A DNA stretch of 64,000 bases from Octopus vulgaris (lineage: Eukaryota). The position numbers and the translations under genes are program-made. Numbering within the stretch: position 1 is the first letter of the stretch; the number at the start of each line of letters is the position of its first letter. The notes under the pieces were generated by a model. That model searched no databases. It was not told where the DNA came from and saw only the letters and a program-made list of their open reading frames with translations. Below are positions 26,815 through 39,082 of the stretch, piece after piece. The DNA is taken from assembly GCA_951406725.2 (NCBI GenBank), contig OX597815.1, positions 119,412,001 through 119,476,000 on the forward strand, written 5' to 3'.

Positions 26815-27567
26815 ATGGCAAGAAAATCCTCTCCAAAGAGAGCGAATAATGCAGATATTGACAAAGCCCTGACCCATCAATGGCTAATGGCCTCTGGCTT
26901 AAAATCTGAAACAGAAGGGTTTATCATAGCAGCTCAAGATCAATGCCTACCAACAAGAAACTACCAGGCCAACATATTAAAGAATGGCAGTAGCCCAACA
27001 TGTCGTGTATGCCGACAACAAAATGAAACCATTGATCATGTTGTCTCCAAATGCAGTCTTCTAGCGCCTACAGAGTACCTCAACAGGCATGATAGAGCTG
27101 CACAATATATTCACTGGGTAATTTGCAAAAACCTGGATTTGCTCCATGAAAAAAACTGGTGGGAACACAATCCACCTCCAGTGCTTGAAAATGACCACAT
27201 CTCTCTCCTCTGGAACTTCACCATCCAAACTGACAGAAAGATAGATGCAAATAGGCCAGACATCATATTGAAAGACTTCAGACAAAGAACATGCCTCCTC
27301 ATTGATATGACTGTCCCAATCAATATAAACGTATCTGTCAAGACCTACCAAAAACTGAGCAAATATAAAGATCTTGAAATAGAAATCAGCAAAATGTGGA
27401 ACCTGAAGACTAAAACAATACCTGTTGTCATAGGTGCCCTGGGAATGATAGCGAAAGGGGCTGATTGCTACCTAACTCAGATACCAGGAAACTCCAAAAT
27501 GGTAGAAATTCAAAAGATAGTGCTCATGGGAACTGCTCATATCTTACGCAAAATAATCTCTATGTAA
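26815..27567 (+). CDS. C-terminal fragment of an R4/Dong-like non-LTR retrotransposon ORF (CCHC knuckle + PD-(D/E)xK restriction-like endonuclease)
   Basis: AAQDQCL, CRVC..ETIDHVVSKC, RHD, RPDII, LIDMTVP and KLSKY motifs; 5'-truncated (element sequence from about 26771); flanked by (TTA)n. Confidence 0.9.
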   Translation: MARKSSPKRANNADIDKALTHQWLMASGLKSETEGFIIAAQDQCLPTRNYQANILKNGSSPTCRVCRQQNETIDHVVSKCSLLAPTEYLNRHDRAAQYIHWVICKNLDLLHEKNWWEHNPPPVLENDHISLLWNFTIQTDRKIDANRPDIILKDFRQRTCLLIDMTVPININVSVKTYQKLSKYKDLEIEISKMWNLKTKTIPVVIGALGMIAKGADCYLTQIPGNSKMVEIQKIVLMGTAHILRKIISM

Positions 27568-27611
27568 TTCCAAGGTTTTTATTATTATTATTATTATTAT
27601 TATGATCATCA

Positions 27612-28040
27612 TTGAGTGAGAGAGCAGTGCATACCATCAAAGTGACACTGGGGTAAAATATACGAACCCCAGTATACCCATCATGACTACCTGTCTGATA
27701 AGGGTACACCAGGCACATGCATCACAACCCTATGTGCGCAACATGGTGATCTCATATCAAGATAAACAGCGCATGACCTTGCAGGTGGAGCCCAGTTAGA
27801 ATTTTCTTCTGGTAGAGTTGCCCATTATTCTCAAAAGGTCCCTGAATAAGGATTAAGGATGTTGAATGAACCACCCAATGTTTCCAAAGGTGAATTATCC
27901 AAACCTCAAAGAATTCCTTTCAACACATGGCTATGATGCCCAACCCCACTACTTCAGCTCGTGATCAGAGATGCACATATCGTCAGCCACTAAGGGACAT
28001 GGTCAACTGGTTAAGGTCAAACAACTGACAAGCAACTAGC
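27612..28040 (-). mobile_element. Unclassified (TAA)n-tailed retroelement 3' end
   Basis: Near-identical to 37190-37420; both start next to (TTA)n. Confidence 0.7.
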
Positions 28041-28818
28041 AAATATGGACAAGCACATCTCCAGGGTACATATTCTTTCGTTGGAGGTATTAAGAGAGAC
28101 ATAGTGAGACAGATAGAGGGGGGACAGGACATTAGGGAGAAATATATAATTTGGGATTTGAGTGGCATAGTTAATTTAGCAAGACAGTAAATGTTGATAA
28201 TAGTAAATAGAATTGAAGAATCTGAGAGCCAGTCTAAGACAAAATTAGAAACGAATGACTGTGTGATAAACTTTCATAGATGAATGAATGAATATGTTGC
28301 AGATTAAGGAAATGCGTGAGCTAAGGTTATCTTGGACAACAACAAGTAAGATGAAACTATAGAACTATATTTACATGATGGCATGGTGCTGAAATAGACA
28401 GACTAAGACAGAATAGAAAGAATAAGGGGTTTATGATACACGTAGAAATAGAAGGGTAGATAACGGGGTTGGAAAGTTAAAACATCTTATCTGAATGTGG
28501 GCATCTTCTGGGATTCGTATTTTACAGCAGAAGAAGAATGTTTATGACTATGAATAAGTCACAATTATAACTAAGAAGGTTTTAAACCCTTACATGTGTG
28601 GAAATAGCTGTCAAAACTGCTATAAAGCCATTTAAATCACTCATATTATTTCTCTTCATGATAAAAGCTTTCTACGGACAAAATGACAAATAGAATCTAC
28701 AACTTAAAAATAACTGGTTAATACCCTATTGCAATTTTGACGTTAGTGACCTATTAAGGGATCCATTCATCTCGCTAGGGGAATATTTCTGTAAATAGAA
28801 ATCAAAACAAGACCTTAC

Positions 28819-28869
28819 CTTGGGGCCAACATGTATCCCAACTGGCAAGAGAAATGTGTCAACCTCTAT
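28819..28869 (-). CDS. Candidate 51-nt host exon (IEVDTFLLPVGIHVGPK)
   Basis: tttgtag| ... AAG|gtaagg; only phase 0 is open; non-repetitive context; product not recognised. Confidence 0.3.
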
Positions 28870-28944
28870 CTACAAATTATAATTGTGACTTGTTCATAAT
28901 TATAAACATTCTTCTTGTATGTATTTTATGATAACATGTTTTTG

Positions 28945-29533
28945 GACACTAAATGCTGCTTGCGAACACCTGTTGAGGCAAGTGAAATCAAAATCAAATT
29001 CAATGACTGACATCCATGCTAGCGGGGTGCAAAGAGCACCATACAAGTGTGATCGTTGATAGAGTGGCTAATTGGCTTCCATGTGAGTGGCACATAAAAG
29101 ACACCATTCGAGTGTGATCGTTACCAGCATTGCCTTACTGGCACTTGAGTCCCGTGCTAGTAGGGTGCTAAGATCACCTTCCGAGTGTGATCGTTGCCAG
29201 AGCGGCTAGCTGGCTTCCATGCTGGTGGCACGTAAAAGGCACCATTCGAGCATGATCGTTACCAGCATCACCTTACTGACACTTGTGCCAGTGGCATGTG
29301 TAAAAAGATGCGAGCGAGGTTGTTGCCAGTACTGCCTGACTGGCCCCCGTGCCGGTAGCACATAAAAGCACTCACTACACTCTCAGAGTGGTTGGCATTA
29401 GGAAGGGCATCCAGCTGTAGAAACTCTGCCAGATCAAGATTGGAGCCTGGTGCAGCCATCTGGTTTGCCAGCCCTCGGTCAACTCATCCAACCCATGCCT
29501 ACATGGAAAGCGGACATTAAACGATGATGATGT
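28945..29533 (+). mobile_element. RTE-tail family copy with several internal repeat units
   Basis: Homologous to 32883-33475 (-) and 62625-63205 (+). Confidence 0.85.
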
Positions 29534-29929
29534 TTGGCCATTGGTATATTCATAAATAATTAGTAATTGTTTATAATATATCCTCCATAATTTGCTTTTA
29601 TATTACTTTTTAATTATATATATATGTGTGTGTGTGTGTATTTGGAATAGTTTCAGGCACATGCAACATGCATGACTATAGGTTCTGTGGTTAAGAAGTT
29701 TACTTCATAAGCATATTGTCTTTGGTTCAGTCCAACTGCATGAATGCCTTTTGTTAAGTTGATACTGTGCATTTTACATGTTGCCTATTCTTTAATTTTC
29801 TTTTATTTGACCATGATACTATATTGATATTTTGCCTGCATTAATATATTTAATATTATTATTATCATACCTATCAGCAACTGCCTTCACTCCTTTCATG
29901 TTTCTTCTCTCTCTCTCTCTCTCTCTTTC

Positions 29930-30185
29930 CATAATGACCACCAGTATGGTTTCTATAAAGCCAGATCTACTAGTGATCTCTGCCACCAATCAGAAGGCTC
30001 TTGTTTTGATGAAATTTCGTTGAAGTAATATCGCCACACTGAACATCAGCAAAGCTTTCAACCATTTCTGGCATGTGAACTCTAATCAAATCTTCCTGCC
30101 TATGAGCATCATCTCTCTCTCATCTTCTGGATTGGAAGCTTCCATTTAGATCACACCATGGCTACCTGTGTTGACAGAGCCCTCT
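29930..30185 (+). pseudogene. CR1/L2/Jockey-group LINE RT remnant
   Basis: ATLNISKAFNHFWH ... FWIGSF ... TCVD, compared with ALDISKAFDRVWH ... WIxSF ... VxVDG. Confidence 0.7.
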
Positions 30186-30360
30186 AGAGATAAAACTGTT
30201 TCCAATATTAGAATTAATGACTAAAGATTGATTGATGTATTTTCAAAAGTTAATCATATGCAAATACGTTTCTGAAGTTATTCTTTAAAAGTGTAACATT
30301 CTGAGGTTTGTTTAATTTCTCTAATATAAGTTCATATATATATATATATATATATATATA

Positions 30361-30416
<56 letters not shown>

Positions 30417-30520
30417 ATTTAAAAATAGGATAAAATCTTTATAACAATTTATCAAGTAGTTAGCGTGAAAAACCTCTTAAGGAAAAAATTTATTAATTTT
30501 TCCCTTTAAATATATTTATT

Positions 30521-30699
30521 TATATTGAGGGCATTACTATACATAAATACCTCATGCTAAGAGGGACTCTTAAAGTCAAAACTACCATAACAAACACATT
30601 GTATCGAATGCAAAGTAAAAATGTGTTTATTATGGTAGTTTTGACTTTAAGAGTCCCTCCTAGCAAGAGGCATTTATGTATAGTGATGCCCTAAATATA
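30521..30699. repeat. Near-perfect inverted repeat, arms of about 80 bp with a 19-nt loop
   Basis: AGGGCATTACTATACATAAAT...GAGGGACTCTTAAAGTCAAAACTACCATAA pairs with 30620-30692; a third partial copy lies at 31516-31542. Confidence 0.95.
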
Positions 30700-30701
30700 T
30701 A

Positions 30702-31510
30702 TCATCATCATCATCATCATCATCATTTAACGTCCGCTTTCCATGCTAGCATGGGTTGGACGGTTCAACTGGGGTCTGGGGAGCCCGAAGGCTGCACCAG
30801 GCCAGTCAGATCTGGCAGTGTTTCTACAGCTGGATGCCCTTCCTAACGCCAACCACTCCGAGAGTGTAGTGGGTGATTTTATGTGCCACCGACACAGGTG
30901 CCAGACGAGGCTGGCGAACGGCCACGCTCGGATGGTGTTTTTATGTGCCACCGACACAGGTGCCAGACGAAGCTGGCGAACGGCCACGCTCGGATGGTGT
31001 TTTTATGTGCCACCGACACAGGTGCCAGACAAGGCTAGCAGACGACCACGCTCGGATGGTGTTTTTATGTGCCACCGACACAGGTGCCAGACGAGGCTGG
31101 CGAACGGCCACGCTCGGATGGTGTTTTTATGTGCCACCGACACAGGTGCCAGACAAGGCTAGCAGACGACCACGCTCGGATGGTGTTTTTTTATGTGCCA
31201 CCGACACAGGTGCCAGACAAGGCTGGCGAACGGCCACGCTCGGATGGTGTTTTTATGTGCCACCGACACAGGTGCCAGACAAGGCTAGCAGACGACCACG
31301 CTCGGATGGTGTTTTTTATGTGCCACCGACACAGGAGCCAGATTAGGCTGGCGATCGGCCACGATTGGATGGTGATTGTTACGTGCCCACAGCATGGAGG
31401 CCAGTCAGTGCGGTACTGGCTATGGCCACGTTCGGATGGTTTTCTTGTGTGCCACCGGCACTGGTACCACAAAGATACAAATTCCATTGATGTTCATCTA
31501 TTTTGATTTT
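30702..31510 (-). mobile_element. RTE-tail family copy with an expanded tandem array
   Basis: (CAT)n TTTAACGTCCGC start, then the array listed next. Confidence 0.9.
30877..31470. repeat. 62-bp minisatellite: 7 near-identical and 3 diverged units
   Basis: Unit TTTTATGTGCCACCGACACAGGTGCCAGAC(G/A)AGGCT..CCACGCTCGGATGGTGT starting at 30877, 30939, 31001, 31063, 31125, about 31189, 31251 and about 31314. Confidence 0.95.
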
Positions 31511-32076
31511 GTTTGAGGGCATTACTATACATAAATGCCTCTTTATACATACATACATACATACATATACACACACACATACACACACACATCATGGTTT
31601 TCATTATTTTCTGATATAAAAGTCTACAATGGAAGCTTTGGAAACAGAGCAACTTGGATGTGTAATATCATTAAAATGTAAATGGTTAAATGGTTTACAG
31701 ACAGCATATAGATCACAGTTATAGACAGAAGGGAGAAAAAAAATTGATATCACCACATACTGGCCATTTGCTCAGGCTTGGTAAATCAATAAAAACTGAA
31801 GTCTCTTAGTAGAAACATTACCAGTATTTTTCTCAGTTAGCTGTAGATTATTATGAAGGTAGAAAACAATTTTTATTTTGTGTTTCTTTTCTTTAATTAA
31901 TCACTATATTGATGTTTATCAATCAAAACACGGGTCTGTGGGTGCTGAAAGTTGTCTTTTTTCTTAATCCTCTTTTTGACCAATATAACCATTAAGGAAG
32001 GTAAAAAGAAGCCAATTCTCTTCTACATGTGTACATGTGCATCTATGTGGTGTGTGTGTGTGTGTCTGTCAGTGTG

Positions 32077-32120
<44 letters not shown>

Positions 32121-32882
32121 CACATGCATGTGTGTAGGGTGAAATGTAGGTTAAAACTAATAATGAAAATAACACAAAAAGACAAAATGGAAACAAGATG
32201 TAATCTTCATTTTAACACTCAGTGAGAGATTAAGAAAGTGAAAGTGACTGACATTTTGAACCTTAAGTTCCTTCAGAAAATTACATAAAAGCTTTGTCAC
32301 TGGATACTTGTTTGGTAATATTATTATACATAAGGTGGAGAGCTGGTAGAATCATTAGTATGCAAAATGCTTAATTTTGTTCATCTTTGCTTTCTAAGTT
32401 CAAATTCCAAAAATCCGGATTTTTGTCAGTGAACAGGTCGCGGTCTTATAGCAACGAAAATATTTTCAAATTAAACTTAAATGTTGAAGTGAATCGAACG
32501 GCTTTTGTGTGTTTCTTAAATGGCTTACAAACACCTTCCATGCTGCAATTGTTTTCGTTCCAGCACACGATCTCAGATCAAATCACTTGCTATGCAAGTA
32601 CATCTCCGTAATTTTGAAAGAAGTATCTGTAAAATTAGTTTTTAAACATCGAATGGCTATGGGGATCTACCATAATAAAATAGTAAATAAAGGGGTCCAT
32701 ACAGTTTTATATTTAAGAGATGAGGAATTATGTACATTATTTACATTCTTTACAATGTTTGTCCTTAAATGTTGAAGTGAATCTTTCAAAATTCCTATTT
32801 TGTTATTCACACATTCACTTGTGTAGGTTGAACTACACAAAATGTTAGAGAAAGAAACTTAGCTGTTTCTTGCAATACATAC

Positions 32883-33475
32883 ATCATCATCATCATCGTT
32901 TAACATCCGTTTTCCATGCTAGCATGGGTTGGACGGTTTGACTGAGGACTGGCAAACCAGATGGCTGCACTAGGCTCCAATCTGATCTGGCAGAGTTTCT
33001 ACAGTTGGATGCCATTCCTAATTCCAACCACTCTGAGAGTGTAGTGGGTGCTTTTACATGCCACCGGCATGAGGGCCAGTCAGGCGGTACTGGCAACAGC
33101 TACACTCAAATGGTGTCTTTTATGTTTCACCTGCACAAGTGCCAGTCCAGCAGCACTGGCAATGACCTCGGTCAAATGTTGTTTTTCATGTGCCACCGGC
33201 ACAACTGCCAGTAAGGTGACGCTGGTAACGATCACACTCGAATGGTGCTTTTTACATGCCACCTGCACGGGAGCCACTCAGCAGCCCTGGTAACGATCAT
33301 GTTTGGATGGTGCTCTTAGCACTCAACTAGCAGGGATGCCAGTCATACGGTGCTGTCATTGAATTTGATTTTGATTTTGCTTGCCTCAACAGGTCTTCGC
33401 AAGCAGAGTTTATTGTCCAATGAAGGAAAGGTATGCATAAGTGGGCTGGTTACACCACTGGCATAGGCCACGGGG
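32883..33475 (-). mobile_element. RTE-tail family copy with diverged internal units
   Basis: Homology to the other copies. Confidence 0.85.
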
Positions 33476-33649
33476 AATCAAAACTTTACATGGACCCTTG
33501 AATTACTAATGTGGATCTCCAATTTACTACTTTGCTAACATGCCTCCCACCAAATCTTATATGGACTCCAGGGATCATATGAACTCTGAGAACCACTCGT
33601 TTAGACAGATGACCAAAGATTATGAGCTCTGGCTTTTGTAGCATGTTTG

Positions 33650-34190
33650 ATGGCTTTGGTTACTTATTGTTCATCATAAGGAGGACTTAGTTCCTCTGAT
33701 GTGCAGTGTCATTTGAAGATGTTGAAGGATAAAATGTTTTCATGACTCTTTCCAGCAATATTTTTAGGTTTGTGTTGATGAAAACAGTATGTTTGACAAA
33801 ATTTGATTAGGCTGCATATTTACAACAATTGCAGGTAGGCAGAAGGTTAAGGAGAAGTGAAATATGATATACTCTGTACAAGAAAATATGTGATTAGACA
33901 TAACAGCAGTCATTAATGAACAGAAGGAAACTTAAATGGAACCCTGAGGTTTCACCAGAATTTATAGAATGTGAACTGAAGACAGCCCCCTAAGTAAAGA
34001 CTGCCACGAAATTGCTTGTCAGGACATTCTCCAAAGAAGAGTTAGACAGAATGCATAGGTTGGCAACTTTGCTCAGAGGCTTTCATACAGGACATGGGTA
34101 AAAGCTTTGCTGACAACACTGTGAGTGGATCTGGAACAAGCAAAGTAATTAAGATGAAAATCTTTCTGGCATAATGTAGGAATATGAGTC
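33650..34190 (-). pseudogene. CR1/L2-like LINE RT remnant
   Basis: Minus strand SRST..VSKAFTHV..L*AKL..INSG-PQGSI..FLLFIND, compared with RST..SKAFD..SGVPQGSVL..FLIFIND. Confidence 0.7.
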
Positions 34191-34706
34191 TCTGGGATGT
34201 TAATCATCATTACCATTATCCACCTCCTCCTCCTCATCATCCTCTCCCCAAACAACAACACCATCATCATCACCATCGTTTTAGCGTCTACTTTTCCATG
34301 CTTGCATGGGTCAAATGAAATTTGGTGAGGTGGATGCCCTTACTCTTGCCGACCCTGACCAGTATACAAGTAAGGCAATATTTCCTCCTGACCAGGCAAG
34401 TTTTCTCAAAAGATTGGACATGTTGCGACTGTTGTGTACTGGTGATGCTTGTTTACGACTTTCATGCAAAGACACAGCAACAAATACACCAGCACACATG
34501 CATACACACATACATACACACACATGCACACACACACACAAACACATACACATAAGCACATAGACACATACACACACGTGCATGCAAGTGCACAGACACA
34601 CTCATACACACACACAAGCAAACATGTACAAGCACACACACATGCACAGACACATGTACATGCACACGCACAAACACACACACACACACATGTGCATGCA
34701 CGTGCA

Positions 34707-34745
<39 letters not shown>

Positions 34746-35483
34746 GGTAATGTTTCTTCATGGCTTTACAGAATACTGGAAATGAATAACACTGCTTATA
34801 TGACAGTGACAGCCATTTTACAACTATCACATGATGTCAAGACAAGGAGACATAAACATATGCACACATTCTCCATCACCACCCACCAAACACACATACA
34901 TGACAGGCTTCTTTCAGTTTCCCTGTTCCAGATCTACTCACAAAGCTTTGGCCAGACTGGGGCTATAGTAGAAGGCACTTGCCCAATGTGTCATGCAGTG
35001 GAACTAAACCTGGAGCCATGTGGTTGGGAAGCAAACTTCTTAGCCACATAACATTGTCTGTGCATATATATATACATCATCATCATCATCGTCATCATCA
35101 TCATATGTCCGTTTTTCCATGCTGGCATGGGTTGGACGGTTCGACTGGAGTCTGCGAAACCAAGAGGCTGCACCAGGCTCCAGTCTGATCTGGCAGTATT
35201 TCTACAGCTGGATGCCCTTCCTAATGCCAACCACTCCGAGAGTGTAGTGGGTTCTTTCTGCATGCCACCGGCACAGAAGCTAGTCCAAGTGGCGCTAGCA
35301 TCGGCCACATTCGAATGGTGCTTTTTACGTGCCACCAGTACGAGGATCACAACTACAATTTCCATATGTGTGTGTGTGTGCGCGAGTGTGTGTGTGCGTG
35401 TGTGTCTGTGTGTGCGTGTGTATCTGTATGTATTTATATATGTACTTATATATATATATGTGCGTGTGTGTGTGTATGTATAC

Positions 35484-35518
<35 letters not shown>

Positions 35519-36717
35519 CGTATGTATGTATATGTGCATATATATATATACACACACATATATATAAATACATACATACACGAACAAATACACACACACA
35601 TGTATGTAATTAACCCCAGACAGACATAAATCATCCTGGATTACATGACAGTTATGCAGTTTATTCCAGTACTATCATATGCAAAGCAAACAGAAGTTCT
35701 CAACTTCTGAGGAAGTGTGATGCCATCATTATCATCATCATCATCAACAACAACTACCACAAAATTGTCATTAGTTTCCAAGTCATTGTCATCACCACCA
35801 TCATGAATGTCATCACCAACCTTATTCTCTTCCTTTTCCTTCAGCATTATAACTGGCATCAAGAATGTCTAAGACAATAACATCTGCTACAACAATGGCA
35901 TTTTGTATCTATTTTCCATGCCACTAGCTAAATGCCTCAAGAAATATCTAGCGGATCTAAGCATATAGCAGTATATTTAATAACAAATAGAAAGTCATCT
36001 GCACTAAAGACAGAAAAAAAAAACAAAAACAAAAAAACCTGTTTGAGCTGCATCAAGATAAACATTATTCTCTTTTCATTTGAATAGTTTGATTGGTCTT
36101 TTCTGAGGAGGAAACACATTAGCAATTCTTCAATGATGGTTTCACAATAAATAAATAAAAACATAACTGAACAGATAAAAATTTTTTTTTAGAAAATAAA
36201 GAGTCTAAGAGATTCTTATTTTGTGGGAACAAAACCAATACCAATAATTTTTCACCTAATAACAGTAAAGAAAATAAAGATAATAACAATATAGAATAAT
36301 ACCAAAATACATCTCTGCAAGTCTTAGAATTCTTTTGTTTAAAATTCTTTCTGAAAGCAACAGGTGAAACTTGTGCATTAGCAGTTGATAAAGACCATGA
36401 AGATTCACCTAAAGAGACTGTTGTTTATTTATATATGAAAAGGAACTAGATTGCCAAGCATGGTAAATCACAAATGAATTATTTAAGATTTAATTCCAGT
36501 AATACTGTTCGCTAATGTCTTTTAGTTTTTAGTTTGTTTATTTTATTATCTTTTTCCCTTCCACTTTTGCAATATTTATATTTTGCTCGTTTTTCAAAAT
36601 GAACGTGAGCTTAAGCTTTTACATTTATGTTATGAAGGTTGAGTGACTCTGATTAAGTTGCAAGAAACATAGTTGAGGCAAAGTTTCACATCAAAGTTCC
36701 TTGCTGGATAATTTCAC

Positions 36718-36762
<45 letters not shown>

Positions 36763-36763
36763 T

Positions 36764-37132
36764 ACCTCCGCCTTAGTGAAGGTGGAGGTATTGTTTTCAG
36801 TCATGTTTGTTTGCCTGTTTGCCCATGGACAAGATATCTCAAGAACCATCAGATGGATTCAGAGGAAACTTTCAGGGACGTTTGGCCTTGTGACTGGCAC
36901 GAACTGATTAGATTTTGGGATCGATCCAGTACCGGTCAAGGATTCTGGATTATTTTACCTATTTTCTTTTATTTAATTTTTGAGGGTGGTCAAGTTCATT
37001 TTTAGTATTCTTGTTTGTGAGACCAGTCAAATATATTTCAGATATTCTCATTTTAAAAATCATCTCTGGCTAATCATTGAGAGGAAATTGGTGTTGCCTT
37101 GGCACAAGTTTGCACTCTCTGAGTGCTCTTGT
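36764..37132 (+). mobile_element. Helentron-associated non-autonomous element (HINE/DINE-like)
   Basis: 5' hairpin ACCTCCGCCTT..AAGGTGGAGGT, (GTTT)-like microsatellite, 3' palindrome GCACTC-TCT-GAGTGC; inserted in (TTA)n. Confidence 0.65.
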
Positions 37133-37146
37133 TATTATTATTATTA

Positions 37147-37177
<31 letters not shown>

Positions 37178-37189
37178 CATTATTGAGTG

Positions 37190-37420
37190 AGTGAGAGAGC
37201 AGTGCATGCCATCAAAGTGACACTGGGGTAAAATATACGAAGCCCAGTATACCCATCATGACTACCTGTCTGATAAGGGTACACCAGGCACATGCATCAC
37301 AACCCTACATGCATGACATGGTGATCTCATATCAAGATAAACAGTGCATGACCTTGCAGGTGGGGCCCAGTTAGTATTTTCTTCTGGTCAAGTAGTCAAG
37401 CAAATCTGTGGTATTGAGCA
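37190..37420 (-). mobile_element. Second copy of the unclassified (TAA)n-tailed element
   Basis: Matches 27612-27815. Confidence 0.7.
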
Positions 37421-37721
37421 GAATTATTATTAGTATTATTGATACACCTGTGAAAATTAAAAGGAAATATAAAAGGAAAAAGGGGCTCTCTACCCCCCTT
37501 TTGACCAGGCTCCCATGGCTTTTATGGGTTTTTCCATGAGTAACCTTTCGAAGCGCCTCCCCCTATTGGGAGTTTTAATTGTTACTTATATTTCGTTGTT
37601 ATCCTGCTTTTGTATACAAACTTTTTCGAACAGACAAAACCCTTTGTAACTTTCGTCCTGTGTTTTGTCCCTTTATGTTTTAATTGATTTTTGTTAGCCC
37701 TTGTGGCCAATAAACAAACGA

Positions 37722-37777
<56 letters not shown>

Positions 37778-38629
37778 TGGTGAAACTGTGTAAGAAATGC
37801 TATTGTTGTCTTTTGAATAGAAGTCAACAATAGATGCAGCATCAGCATACCAGTAACAGCAGCAGTGACAGCACCAACAATGGTAGCACCACCACAACCA
37901 CAAATAATAACTGTTGTATTGTTCATTTGGTTTAAATACAAGGGTTCCATAGTGGAGCATAAACCCAACTCTTGTCGCCTTAGTCTCATTTTAAGATGAC
38001 TCCCACTGTGAGCTCCAAGTTTTTTTATGCTTTTCTTCTGTTAAAGAGCTGCATTGATTGCTGAGTAACTAACATTGAAGTTGTTTCCTCTGATTCCATA
38101 TTCTTGAGGCAATATGTCTAACCATTAATCATTGTTTCTCACACATCTAATGGTTAAACCTGGAGGCTGGTTGATGTTTATGACTTGATCTACAAACTTC
38201 AGGACCAGCTGATGCTTCAAAAGAGAGAAAAAAGTATCATGAAGCAGAGAATCTATGGATCTACAGTAACTGATGCCTCAGGCAAATCAGGAATTTTAGC
38301 TGACATTTCAGGTAATAATTCAGGAATTATACTTGGCATTTCAGGTAACTCAGGATGTTCAGGTGTTCCAATAATAATTGGAACCTCAAATGTTGTGACA
38401 GTAAGAACATGAGGTACCAATACTTCAACTGAGTTGGAAGCTTCAGCTGATTGTCATGTCATTCTAACATGTCTCTATCCACTCTTACTTTAAAATTTAC
38501 AGCTTGTAACTGTTAGGTTAAAGTCCCTTCCATCCAGTGTTCACCAAAATTCCATACAAGAGCACAATCATCCTTTCTAATGTATGCAGCAGATGCAAAT
38601 CCTCATCCTTTGTTCCATATTATATTGAT

Positions 38630-39082
38630 TTCAAATTTTGTCACAAGGCCAGCAATTTCAAGGCTGCAGGTAAGCTGGTTACATTGACCCCAGTACTCAA
38701 CTGGTAGTCATTTTATCTACCCTAAAAGGATGAAAGGCAAAGATGACCTCAACAGAATTTAAACTCATAATGTAAAGAATGATGAAATGTTGCTAGGCAT
38801 TTTGCCCAGCATGATAACAGTTCTTATTTCTTTATTGCCCACAAGCGGCTAGACATAGAGGGGACAAACAAGGACAGACAAAGGGATTAAGTTGATTATA
38901 TCGACCCCAATGCATAACTTGGTACTTAATTTATCGACCCCCGAAAGGCTGAAAGGCAAAGTCGACCGCGGCGGAATTTGAACTCAGAACATAAAGACAG
39001 ACGAAATACCGCTAAGCATTTTGCCCAGTGTGCTAATGTTTCTGCCAGCTCACTGCATGATAACAGTTTTGCCAGCTTTCCA
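38630..39082 (-). mobile_element. SINE family 2 nested within another family 2 copy
   Basis: Two cores; flanking duplication CCTTTGTTCC(A/T)TAT at about 38607 and 39083. Confidence 0.75.

Noticed and set aside
30877-31470. CRISPR-like regular array
   Set aside because: Whole 62-bp units repeat with no unique spacers, the context is eukaryotic, there are no cas genes, and it lies inside an RTE tail
30727-35599. Recurrent ORFs containing LQLDALPNANHSESVV / TLSEWLALGRASSCRN
   Set aside because: Read-through of the non-coding RTE-tail repeat on both strands; frames are not conserved between copies
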